Assembly (NCBI GenBank): GCA_037445535.1
Contig: JBBIKI010000005.1
Span: forward strand, 1 to 55,682
Source of the DNA: Acidobacteriota bacterium
Lineage (GTDB): Bacteria > Acidobacteriota > UBA4820 > DSQY01
Direction of reading: 5' to 3'
DNA length: 55,682 nt
Shown here in pieces: positions 1 through 8,446 of the stretch; position 1 is the first letter of the stretch, and the number at the start of each line of letters is the position of its first letter. The notes under the pieces were generated by a model. It searched no databases, was not told the origin of the DNA, and saw only the letters and a program-made list of their open reading frames with translations. The translations under genes were made by a program, and so were the position numbers.

Positions 1-1680
1 GATCGTCCCGTCCTTCACCACGGCGTCGAGGCCGCCCACGCGGGACTGGTTGTTGCGGATGTTCTGCGTTCCGACGAGGCCCGCCCTTCCCGCCACGGGG
101 TCCTCGGGCGTGCAGTTCGGCATGAGGTCGTGGGCCCGGCGGAACCAGTAGACGCAGTAGTCCGCCATGCCGGGCACCTCGGGGAAGGCGCGGCGCACGG
201 CGTTCACGTAGTCCGTCCCCCGCTCGGGCTTGAGGCGACTCGCGCCCATGAAGGGCGGATTGCCGATGATCACGTCCGCCTTGGGCCAGGGCGCGGGGTG
301 GCCCTCGGCATCAATGAGCGCGTCCCCCGCGATGAAATTCGCGTCCAAATTGTCCAGGGGCAAGGGGCTCTCGATGCTCCCCAGCTCGTCGATGGCGAGC
401 TTGCGGGCGATCATCATCGTGACTTTGGCCATCTCCACGGCGAAGGGGGTGACGTCCATCCCGTGGAAGTTGGCCGCGGACACGAAGCCCAGGCTGGGCT
501 GGGCGGGCAGGCCCTTCCTGGAGAGCTCGGCCGTGCGCTCCAGGGCGCGGGCTTCGAGGCGCTTGATCTCACGGTAGGCGATGTAGAGGAAGTTGCCGGA
601 GCCGCAGGCCGGGTCCAGCACGGTGTAGTGCTGCATGCGGCGCAGGAGCTCGCCCAGGCGCTTCTGCGTGGTGGCGTTCTCGATGAGGTCGCGCCAGGGC
701 TCCACGATGGTGGGCCCCACGATCTTCATGATGTCCGTGGGGTGGGTGAAGTGGGCACCGAAGGCGTGGCGCTCCGCGGCCCCCATGGAGTGCTCGAAGA
801 TCGTCCCGAAGATCTCGGGCCGAACCTTGGACCAGTCCGAGGCCGAAGCTTCGCGGAGGATGGCCACCTCGTCCTCCATCAGCTCGATGCGCGCCGGATG
901 GGCGAAGAGGCCACCGTTGAAGTAGTCCACCCCCTTGAACCGCCCGCCCGGCGTCTTGCCCGGCGTGTTCATCTCGGCGAAGAGGCCGCCCAGCAGGTCG
1001 TAGCTCTGGCGCGGCTCCGTGCACTCCTCCAGGAGGCGCGTCACGAGGTAGCGCTCCAGGAGGCCGATGTCCTCCGCGAAGAGGGCCACGAGCATCTGGA
1101 GGATGAAGCGCTGGGCCTCCTCCCGGGGTACGCCGCGGATGAGGAGCTTGTTGAAGCACCGGGCCAGGAGGTCGGCGGCCTTGCGCGTCACCGCCTCGTG
1201 GTCGTTGCCGAAGACGGGCTTCTCGTTCGTGGGAAAGAGGAAGGCCAGCGGGCCGTAGCGCTCGGGCAGCTCGGCGAGGGTCACCCGGTCCACGGGCGTG
1301 TCCATCTGCGTCTCGAAGTCGTAGACCCAAAACTCGTCGAAGTTGCAGAGAACCACGTATCGCGGCCGCCCGGGGACGAGGCGAGTCCAGTAGTCGAAGG
1401 CCTGCCGGTAGTGTTTCTTCAGGTCCTCCCCGCGCTTCTTCATCTCGATGAGGACCACGGGCTTCCAGACGTAATCGGCGAAAGCTGTCCCGCCTCCGTC
1501 CTCCTCAGGCTTCCTCACGCGAAACTCGGGCGTGCCACCGACTTCAAGGCACCCCTGGCGGGCGAAGCCCTGAAAGAGCCGGTCCAGGAAAATCTGGGCC
1601 TCGCCCTTCTCGTCGCCCTTGATGTATTGGGAAGCCCACGAGGTGAACTCGGCGAGACGCTTGGTGCGGGATTCGTCCAT
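1..1680 (-). CDS. MmeI-like type IIL restriction-modification enzyme / N6-adenine DNA methyltransferase (5' part; runs off the window start)
   Basis: Not in the ORF track because no stop lies in the window. Manual minus-strand translation from ATG at 1680 gives MDESRTKRLAEFTSWASQYIKGDEKGEAQIFLDRLF...ADYVWKPVVLIEMKKRG...PRYVVLCNFDEF (PD-(D/E)xK-like N-terminus). SAM-binding motif VLDPACGSGNFL lies near 590-620 and catalytic motif VIIGNPPF near 250-280. Confidence 0.9.
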   Translation of the reverse strand, partial: MDESRTKRLAEFTSWASQYIKGDEKGEAQIFLDRLFQGFARQGCLEVGGTPEFRVRKPEEDGGGTAFADYVWKPVVLIEMKKRGEDLKKHYRQAFDYWTRLVPGRPRYVVLCNFDEFWVYDFETQMDTPVDRVTLAELPERYGPLAFLFPTNEKPVFGNDHEAVTRKAADLLARCFNKLLIRGVPREEAQRFILQMLVALFAEDIGLLERYLVTRLLEECTEPRQSYDLLGGLFAEMNTPGKTPGGRFKGVDYFNGGLFAHPARIELMEDEVAILREASASDWSKVRPEIFGTIFEHSMGAAERHAFGAHFTHPTDIMKIVGPTIVEPWRDLIENATTQKRLGELLRRMQHYTVLDPACGSGNFLYIAYREIKRLEARALERTAELSRKGLPAQPSLGFVSAANFHGMDVTPFAVEMAKVTMMIARKLAIDELGSIESPLPLDNLDANFIAGDALIDAEGHPAPWPKADVIIGNPPFMGASRLKPERGTDYVNAVRRAFPEVPGMADYCVYWFRRAHDLMPNCTPEDPVAGRAGLVGTQNIRNNQSRVGGLDAVVKDGTI

Positions 1681-1780
1681 GAAGGCAATTATGCTCTGGC
1701 AAACCGTGGAACTCAAGGAGGACGGCGTGAAGGGGCAGGATGGGGCAGAAGGCGAGTGGTGATCGTTGGCCGGCTTCGCT

Positions 1781-4051
1781 TCAGCCCGGCGGAGTGCCTT
1801 CGGCCCAGAGGAGGCGGCAGGCGAGGATCTGCACGCCGGATTTGCCCGGCGAAAGGGTGAGCGTCTCGAAGGGAGTCTCACCGTAACGGCGGGCCGCGTC
1901 CTGCCCGAGCGTTTCGGCTTGGGCTTCGATCTGCGCCAGGTCCCGCCGGGCGGCCTCCAGTTCCGCCTGGGTCTCCGCGACCTCGCCCCGGGCCCGCTCG
2001 GCCATTCTCGTCTTCCCCACGGTCCTGGAGATGGCCCCGCCCACGCTGCGGCGCGAGCCGAAGAGGCCGCCCAGGAGCCCAAGGCCTGCCGACACGACGG
2101 TCTCGGTAGTGCGCGATGAGGCGTCGGCCCGGTCCTGGTCCAGTTCGAGTTCAAGTCGGGCCACCTTGTCGCGCGCTTTCTGCAATTTTGAGCCGAGCGC
2201 CCCCACCTGCTTCTGCGATTCGGCGGCGGCCATGGCCTGGCGCTGAGCGGAGGCGCGGGCCCCGAAGGCCTGGGCGGTCTCGCCGGGCTCCTGCAACGCA
2301 TCCGTGATGGGGTCTCTGAGCACGTTGAGACGCTGCCGGAGGGCGAGAGACGCCGCGGCGGCTTTGCCCGCCTTGGCCGCGTCCAGGCGGTCAAAGAAGC
2401 CGGGCAGGGGAAAACATGAGGCGCCAGGAGGAGGGGCCGACGTCCTTGAGGCCCTATCCATGGGCAGTGCATCGGCCGCCAGCGAGCTTTCCAGGGTGGC
2501 GCCCGCGAGGAGCCACCCGGCGGTCAGGCGCGAGATCACGGGCGGGCTCTTGGCCTTGACGCGGTAGCTGAGCTCCGCCTCCACCTCAAGGTGCGGGTGA
2601 AGCTCCTTCCCTCCTCCGAATACGGCCTCCCAGCCCGCGGGAACCACGGGGCCGCCCAAGGAGGACGCGGCGGGAGCGGGCCCGATTAGGGCCGCAGGCG
2701 GTTGCGGAGCCGAAGCCGGCGCGGCGCTTGTTGTCTGGCGGTGCAAAAGACCAGTGAGCTGGGGTGCCGTCAGCGGTCCCGCGAGGTAGGACATGCACTG
2801 GCGGGTTTCGAGGAGCCTTGGGTGGCCTGTCTTCACGTCGTGGACCACGAAGGTCCGCGGCGGAAGATCCGCCAGGAGCGCTGCCGCGCTGGAACCGCCG
2901 GGCAGGGAGCCCAGGGCGTCGGCCACGCGCCGCCGGTCCGGCTCCGTTTGGAGGCGGCCCAGGAACCACAGGCCCGCGTTGGTGAGCCCCTTGTAATCCA
3001 AATCGATGGGGTTCTGTGTCGCCAGCACCACGCCGATGCCGAAGGCTCGCGCCTGCTTGAGAAGGCTCAACAGGGGGCCCTTGGTGGGCGGGTTGAGAGG
3101 GTAGGGAGGGAAATAGCCGAAGACCTCGTCGAAGACAATCAGGGCGCGGAGGTGGTCCGAGCCGGGTTGCCGCCTCGTCCACGCGGCGAGCTCGCTCAGA
3201 AGCAGGCCCAAGAAGAAGAGCCGCTCACCTTCCGAGAGGTGGGCGAGGGTGAAGACGGTGGTGGCGCCTCGCGGGGCCTGGGCACCCACAAAGGCGTCCA
3301 GGTTCAGCGGCTCGCCGCGCCGCCAGAGGCCCAGGGAGGGTGACGCCAGGAGCGCGTTGAGCTTCATGGCCAGGGCCGTGCGGTCTTTCGCGGGGATGAC
3401 CGTGTCCAGGTCCATGATGCCCAGGCGCTGCAGGGGAGGCGTGAGCACCTGCTGGACCAGGTCTTCTAGGGTGAGGCCCTGGCCTTCGCTCCACGATTTC
3501 AAGAGAAGCTGGGTCAGGAGGAGGCCCTGGGGGCTCGTGGCGGGATCGTCCTCGATGCCGGCGAGAAGAAACAGCGAAGACACGGTGCCCAGGGCCGAAT
3601 CGCCCCGCACCTCGGGATCGTTCAGGGAAGGAGGATCAAATCGATTGAGGACGTTGACGGGGCTCGTGGAAGCCCCGGGCGTGAAGACCTTCACGGGAGC
3701 GGCCTTGAGGGCCGCCGAATCGGACGCGGCCAAACCCCAGGCGGCGAGGTTCTGAGCCCATTGCGAGGCCGTGTCCGCGGCCTTCTCCTCCCCGCAGAAG
3801 GGGGCGAAGTCCTCCACGCGCCCCTCTGGAAAGACGAGCAAGCGGTTGGTCAGATCCCCTTTGGGATCGATGACGAGGGAGGGAATCCCCGAGAGAGCCG
3901 CCTCTTCGAGGAGGTTCACGATGTGGCCCGTCTTCCCCGACCCCGTCATGCCGATGACCACGGCGTGCGTGGTGAAGCGGCCGGGGTTCATCCTCGCTCC
4001 TTCGCCGGGGGCGCCGTCCTTCCACCGTCCCAAATAGAAGTCTCTGTCCAT
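1781..4051 (-). CDS. HerA/FtsK-superfamily (DUF87/DUF853-like) P-loop ATPase with C-terminal coiled coil
   Basis: Walker A GMTGSGKT, VIDPKGD, Walker B LIVFDE, and LLKQARAFGIGVVLATQNP, all typical of HerA-like ATPases; the C-terminus is helical and rich in Ala/Glu/Gln. Confidence 0.85.
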   Translation of the reverse strand: MDRDFYLGRWKDGAPGEGARMNPGRFTTHAVVIGMTGSGKTGHIVNLLEEAALSGIPSLVIDPKGDLTNRLLVFPEGRVEDFAPFCGEEKAADTASQWAQNLAAWGLAASDSAALKAAPVKVFTPGASTSPVNVLNRFDPPSLNDPEVRGDSALGTVSSLFLLAGIEDDPATSPQGLLLTQLLLKSWSEGQGLTLEDLVQQVLTPPLQRLGIMDLDTVIPAKDRTALAMKLNALLASPSLGLWRRGEPLNLDAFVGAQAPRGATTVFTLAHLSEGERLFFLGLLLSELAAWTRRQPGSDHLRALIVFDEVFGYFPPYPLNPPTKGPLLSLLKQARAFGIGVVLATQNPIDLDYKGLTNAGLWFLGRLQTEPDRRRVADALGSLPGGSSAAALLADLPPRTFVVHDVKTGHPRLLETRQCMSYLAGPLTAPQLTGLLHRQTTSAAPASAPQPPAALIGPAPAASSLGGPVVPAGWEAVFGGGKELHPHLEVEAELSYRVKAKSPPVISRLTAGWLLAGATLESSLAADALPMDRASRTSAPPPGASCFPLPGFFDRLDAAKAGKAAAASLALRQRLNVLRDPITDALQEPGETAQAFGARASAQRQAMAAAESQKQVGALGSKLQKARDKVARLELELDQDRADASSRTTETVVSAGLGLLGGLFGSRRSVGGAISRTVGKTRMAERARGEVAETQAELEAARRDLAQIEAQAETLGQDAARRYGETPFETLTLSPGKSGVQILACRLLWAEGTPPG

Positions 4052-4138
4052 CCGTGAGGTCTCCGGTTTTAGGATAGCACGGAGGAGACCACGCTGAACC
4101 GATATGCTCTCCGCGCCGCTCGGCGGGCCGCGTGGCCG

Positions 4139-5134
4139 CTAGACGTGATTGCGGAGGAGGAGCTCCTTGGGGCTTGGCTCCAGGTAGGTCTGGCTCGCGA
4201 GGTAGGGGACCGCGTACCGGCGCACGAAGTGGCGCACGAGGGTTACGGGCACGATGAGGGGGGCTGCCCCGAGCCTGTAGTCCTCCACGGCCTGCTCCAG
4301 CTCCCGCCGGTCTTCCGCCCCAGCCTCCCGCTTGAAATACCCGGCCATGTGCTGGAGCACGTTGACGTGCTTCTTGACAGTGGCGATCTTGGCCATGGAG
4401 CCCATGAAGCGGAGTTGGTACTCCCTGGCCAGGGCGGACCGGGGATGGTCTTTGGCGGACGCCACGAGGCGGCCCAAGGCCGTGTATCCCTTGGGTTCGT
4501 GGGCGAGGAGGAGGAGCTTCTCGCGGGCGTGGAAGGCCACCAGATCGCCCACCTTCCATGGAGTGCTGAAGATACGGCGCAGGCGGACGTACGCGAAGAC
4601 GCGCTCCACGAAATTCTCCCTCAGCCACGGATCGTTAAGACGGCCCTCTTCTTCCACGGGAAGCAGGGGAATGCTTTCCAAGAGAGCCTGGGCGAAGAGG
4701 CCCCGGCCCGACCGGGAAGGTACGCCCGAAGCGGGGTAGACGCGCACGCGCTCCATGCCGCAGGTGGGGGAGTCCTTCTTCAGGATGTAGCCCGAGAGGT
4801 TCAGCCCCGCCAGGGCCTCGCACTTGGCCGCGGCATAGCGGCGCATGGCCTCCGTGTGGTCCGAGCCGCTCTTGGGCGCCACGAGGCGGACCTCGCCGTC
4901 CTTCTCCGCCAGCCGAATGGTCTCGCGCGGCGTCCCGAGTCCTATGTCCACCTCGGGGCACACGGGGACGAAGCGCACGAAACGGCCAAGCACTCCCGTG
5001 ACGTACTGGTCGAGCTTGTGCTGGCCGTCATACCTGACCTTGGCTCCGAGCAGGCACGCGGAAACGCCTAGGAGGATCTCTTCGTTAGATGGCAAGAGAG
5101 TTTCGTGCTCCGCAAGACCCCTCCTCTTCGTCAT
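4139..5134 (-). CDS. DUF523 (TudS desulfidase) + DUF1722 fusion, RudS/YbgA-like
   Basis: GVSACLLG, PVCPEV and KKDSPTCG Cys motifs of DUF523; C-terminal FHAREKLLLLAH...HVNVLQHMAGYFK...YLASQTYLEP matches DUF1722. Confidence 0.85.
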   Translation of the reverse strand: MTKRRGLAEHETLLPSNEEILLGVSACLLGAKVRYDGQHKLDQYVTGVLGRFVRFVPVCPEVDIGLGTPRETIRLAEKDGEVRLVAPKSGSDHTEAMRRYAAAKCEALAGLNLSGYILKKDSPTCGMERVRVYPASGVPSRSGRGLFAQALLESIPLLPVEEEGRLNDPWLRENFVERVFAYVRLRRIFSTPWKVGDLVAFHAREKLLLLAHEPKGYTALGRLVASAKDHPRSALAREYQLRFMGSMAKIATVKKHVNVLQHMAGYFKREAGAEDRRELEQAVEDYRLGAAPLIVPVTLVRHFVRRYAVPYLASQTYLEPSPKELLLRNHV

Positions 5135-5208
5135 TGACTCCGCCCTCCCCTAGAATAACGGTGAACCCCCAATTGTGTGTTCTCCCACAAGCGAAGGTTG
5201 ATGAACCC

Positions 5209-6657
5209 CTAATAGATTCGTTCGAAGAGCTTCTCGGCCCGAGCTGGGTCTAGGGATTTCAGCACCTTGTACTCCTCCAGAGCGAGGCCGCGGTTGCCCG
5301 AGGCCAGAGCGCTCAGCCCCAGTCCGAAGTGGGCGTCAGTGCTCTTGGGATTCAGGCGGATGGCCTCCTTGAAGGCCGCGGCGGCATCCCCGTTCCTGCC
5401 CGTCTCATAGAGAGCCCTGCCCATGCCGCAGTGGCTCTCCGCCGAATCGGGATCTTGGCGGACGGCCTGCCGGAAGGCCTCCTGCGCCAAATCGAAGCGT
5501 CCCGTCTGGAGATAAGCTTGGCCCAGGGTTTCGTAGGCATTGGCTGTCGCAGGGGCGGTGCGAACCGCCTGCTGGCACGCCTGGAGCGCCTTCGGCGCCT
5601 GGCCCATGGCGAGATAGCACCGGGCAAGGTCTACGAGAGCGCCGGTGTCGCCAGGAAAGAGGGTGGAGGCCTGGAGGTAGGCCTCGCAGGCTTCGGAGAG
5701 CCGTCCGGTCCGTTGCAGGGCTGCGCCGAGCCGGAGGTGAAAGTCGGCCGCCTCGGGTTTGAGCAGCACCGCCGTCTGGTAAGCCTCCGCGGCGTCCTCC
5801 TCTCGCCCCAGGCCTTCGAGGCACGCGCCCATTTGAAAGAAGGCCTCCGCGTAGGAGGGGTTCACCTTAGCGGCTGCCTTGAAGAACGGCAGTGCCCTAG
5901 CGTAGCTGCGCTGCGTGAGGAAGGCCACGCCGGTGAGGTAGGCCCGCTCCGAGGGATCGGGGGCAGCCCCGCGGCGGTCCGAGAGGGTGGACAGGGGGCG
6001 GGGCGGCCCTGGGGTCAAATCGAGCAGAGCTTTGGCGGGGACGGCGAAGTTGAGGTTTTGACCGTCCTGGCGGAGGAAGGCGGCCACGCCTACCACCTGC
6101 CCCGCGAGGTTGACCACGGGGCTACCGCTGGAGCCCGGCGAGATGGGGGCACTCATTTGTATCACCGTGCCCATGGGCCGGAGAGTCCTGATCGCGGAGA
6201 CGATGCCGTCGGTCACCGTTTGTTCGAGTCCCAGAGGGCTTCCGATGACGACCACGGTCTGGCCGGGTTCGGGGAGGCTTGCGGCGACACCCAGCGGGAC
6301 GGCCGTGCCCGCGGGCATGGCGACGGCGAGGCGCACCAGATCCTTGGACCGGTCCTGAGCCACGACGCCCGTCACGTCGAAGGTCCTGCCTGAGGCGATC
6401 TTCACCTGGACGCGGCTCGCGTCCAGCACCACGTGGTGGCTGGTCACCACGTCTCCGCCGGTATCCACGAAGAAGCCGCTTCCTTGAGCCAGCTTCTTGC
6501 CGGAGCTTGCGAAGGTCTGGACGAGGACTACGGAGGGTTCCACGCGGCGCACGAGGCCAGGCAGGTCATCCTCGGGCGAGACGGCCAGAGAGGAAGCCAG
6601 CGCGGCCAAAGCAAGGGCCATGGAAGCCAAGTTTCGGAGAAGGAAGCGGCCGCCCAT
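5209..6657 (-). CDS. Exported trypsin-like (S1C) serine protease with C-terminal TPR repeats
   Basis: Likely start is ATG 6657 after a G-rich RBS. Signal-peptide-like LASMALALAALASS, GSGFFV, VTSHHVV (His), DLVRL (Asp), ISPGSSGSPV (Ser), then multiple TPR-like repeats. Confidence 0.85.
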   Translation of the reverse strand: MGGRFLLRNLASMALALAALASSLAVSPEDDLPGLVRRVEPSVVLVQTFASSGKKLAQGSGFFVDTGGDVVTSHHVVLDASRVQVKIASGRTFDVTGVVAQDRSKDLVRLAVAMPAGTAVPLGVAASLPEPGQTVVVIGSPLGLEQTVTDGIVSAIRTLRPMGTVIQMSAPISPGSSGSPVVNLAGQVVGVAAFLRQDGQNLNFAVPAKALLDLTPGPPRPLSTLSDRRGAAPDPSERAYLTGVAFLTQRSYARALPFFKAAAKVNPSYAEAFFQMGACLEGLGREEDAAEAYQTAVLLKPEAADFHLRLGAALQRTGRLSEACEAYLQASTLFPGDTGALVDLARCYLAMGQAPKALQACQQAVRTAPATANAYETLGQAYLQTGRFDLAQEAFRQAVRQDPDSAESHCGMGRALYETGRNGDAAAAFKEAIRLNPKSTDAHFGLGLSALASGNRGLALEEYKVLKSLDPARAEKLFERIY

Positions 6658-6680
6658 GAAGTCCCCCCTATGGCTTCCCG

Positions 6681-7814
6681 CTAGTACCAGTACCGGCTCA
6701 CCGAGTCCAGCAGGCGGGAGACCGTATTGCGGTTGCGGCGGCGCCGCTCTTCGCCCCCGGCGAAAGCCGGGTAGGAGGGATCGGGATCGTGCAGGGTAGC
6801 AATGGCACCGGGGCCGAGGGCCTGGGCCCACCTGGCCATCCAGTCTCCGGGCAGACGTTCCGGCACGGGCAGGTCCATGAGGGTGAGGTAGAGGAGCGCC
6901 CACACCCTCGGGACAACGGCGGGGGCGTAGCCTCCTCCCAAAGTGAAGAGGACGCGGCCTTCGGTATGGCGGGCGGCGAGATCAAAGATGCGCGTGTAGA
7001 GCGCGTGATAGGTTCGCGTGGTGAGGGCGAGATCGCCCATGGGATCGGCGAAGTGGCCGTCCGCCCCGGCCTGGACCACGATGACCCTCGGGGAAAACCA
7101 CGAGAGCGCTTGTGGCACCACGGCATCGAAGGCTTCCAGGTAATCGTCCCCTTCGGTGAAGGGCTCCAGCGGGATGTTGATCTTCATGCCCCGGCCCGAG
7201 CCGGACCCGAGCTCGTGGATGTGTCCCGTGCCAGGATAGAGGTAGTAGCCCGACTCGTGGAGGCTCAGGGTGAGGACGTGATCGCTCTCGTAGAAGAGGC
7301 TCTGGACGCCGTCGCCGTGGTGCAAATCAATGTCCAAATAGGCCACGTACCACCCCCGGCTGACAAACTCCTGAATGGCTACGGCCAGATCGTTGTAGAG
7401 GCAGAAGCCGGCGGCCTTGGCCCGCGCCGCGTGATGGAGACCGCCTCCGAGCTGGAGGACCCGAGTGTCTGCGCCGCCGGCGATCAGGCGTGCGCCGTGG
7501 AGGGTTCCGCCCACGAGCCACCGGGCCGCCAGGTCCATGCCCGGGAAGATGGGATTGTCGGGGGTTCCCAGGCCGTGCTCCATGGCCCCCGCTGCGGACT
7601 CGCCCCGGTCCAGGGCCTCCACGGCCGCCACGTAGGCTTCGTCGTGCACCGTCAGGATTTCCTCCCGGGTGGCCACGGGCGGTTCCACGGCGCTGATGGG
7701 GTATCCCAAGGAGGCGAGGAGGTCCGTGAGGCACGCCAAGCGGGCGGGAGTGAAAGGATGGTCCTCGCCGAAATCGTAGCGGCGGTACTCGGGGTGGTAG
7801 ATTACCGAAGCCAT
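6681..7814 (-). CDS. acuC: Acetoin utilization protein AcuC, Zn-dependent (HDAC-family) protein deacetylase
   Basis: GGGLHHA, GFCLYND, DIDLHHGDGVQ, SLHESG, GADGHFADP and GGGY HDAC-family motifs; adjacent to acuB. Confidence 0.9.
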   Translation of the reverse strand: MASVIYHPEYRRYDFGEDHPFTPARLACLTDLLASLGYPISAVEPPVATREEILTVHDEAYVAAVEALDRGESAAGAMEHGLGTPDNPIFPGMDLAARWLVGGTLHGARLIAGGADTRVLQLGGGLHHAARAKAAGFCLYNDLAVAIQEFVSRGWYVAYLDIDLHHGDGVQSLFYESDHVLTLSLHESGYYLYPGTGHIHELGSGSGRGMKINIPLEPFTEGDDYLEAFDAVVPQALSWFSPRVIVVQAGADGHFADPMGDLALTTRTYHALYTRIFDLAARHTEGRVLFTLGGGYAPAVVPRVWALLYLTLMDLPVPERLPGDWMARWAQALGPGAIATLHDPDPSYPAFAGGEERRRRNRNTVSRLLDSVSRYWY

Positions 7815-8431
7815 GGCTTGGGCATGGGCCAAAGAACGGTGAACTGCGCCTCGCGCAAAGCCTCGGCCAGGGGCAACGTCTGGTTGGTGTCCACCCTGAG
7901 CACGGTCCTGATGCGGCCTTTCCCGTTGGGGTAGGTGAGGATGGAGCGGATGTTCACGTTCCTGTGCCCGAAGAAGGACGTCAGGCGGGCGAGCTCTCCG
8001 GGAACGTCATCCAAAGACACTTCCAGCCGGCCCGTGGAATCGTAGACCCCGGCCAGCTTCAGGAGGGCGTCCAGCAAGTCCATGTTCGTGATGATGCCCA
8101 CTACGGTCCGTTCCTCCACCACAGGGAGGCATCCGATCTTGTGACTCCGCATGACCCTGGCCGCTTCTTCAATGGGGTCCGAGGGGTCCGCCGTGAGGAC
8201 GGAGCCCCTCATGGCGCACCGGACCGCGTCCGAGCCCTGCTGGGGTGACGGGCAGAGGGCGCTCGTGGCGAACCGCACGTCCCGGTCCGTGATCACCCCC
8301 GCGAGGACGCCGTCCTCGACCACGGGGAGGTGGCGGATGCCTTTCTCCTGGATGAGTCTGCATGCTTCCAGAAAGGTGGTTTCGGGGGAAATGGTGGTGA
8401 CCGGAGTCTTCATGATCTCCCGAACGAGCAT
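7802..8431 (-). CDS. acuB: AcuB, tandem CBS + ACT domain protein
   Basis: Two CBS repeats (IRHLPVV...GVITDRD; IGCLPVV...GIITNMD) followed by an ACT-like domain (LDDVPGELARL...NVNIRSI). Confidence 0.85.
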   Translation of the reverse strand: MLVREIMKTPVTTISPETTFLEACRLIQEKGIRHLPVVEDGVLAGVITDRDVRFATSALCPSPQQGSDAVRCAMRGSVLTADPSDPIEEAARVMRSHKIGCLPVVEERTVVGIITNMDLLDALLKLAGVYDSTGRLEVSLDDVPGELARLTSFFGHRNVNIRSILTYPNGKGRIRTVLRVDTNQTLPLAEALREAQFTVLWPMPKPWLR

Positions 8432-8446
8432 GGCGCCCTCCCCAAA

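Noticed and set aside
130-1860. 576-aa plus-strand ORF
   Set aside because: Antisense shadow of the MmeI-like gene, whose minus-strand frame carries clear methyltransferase motifs.
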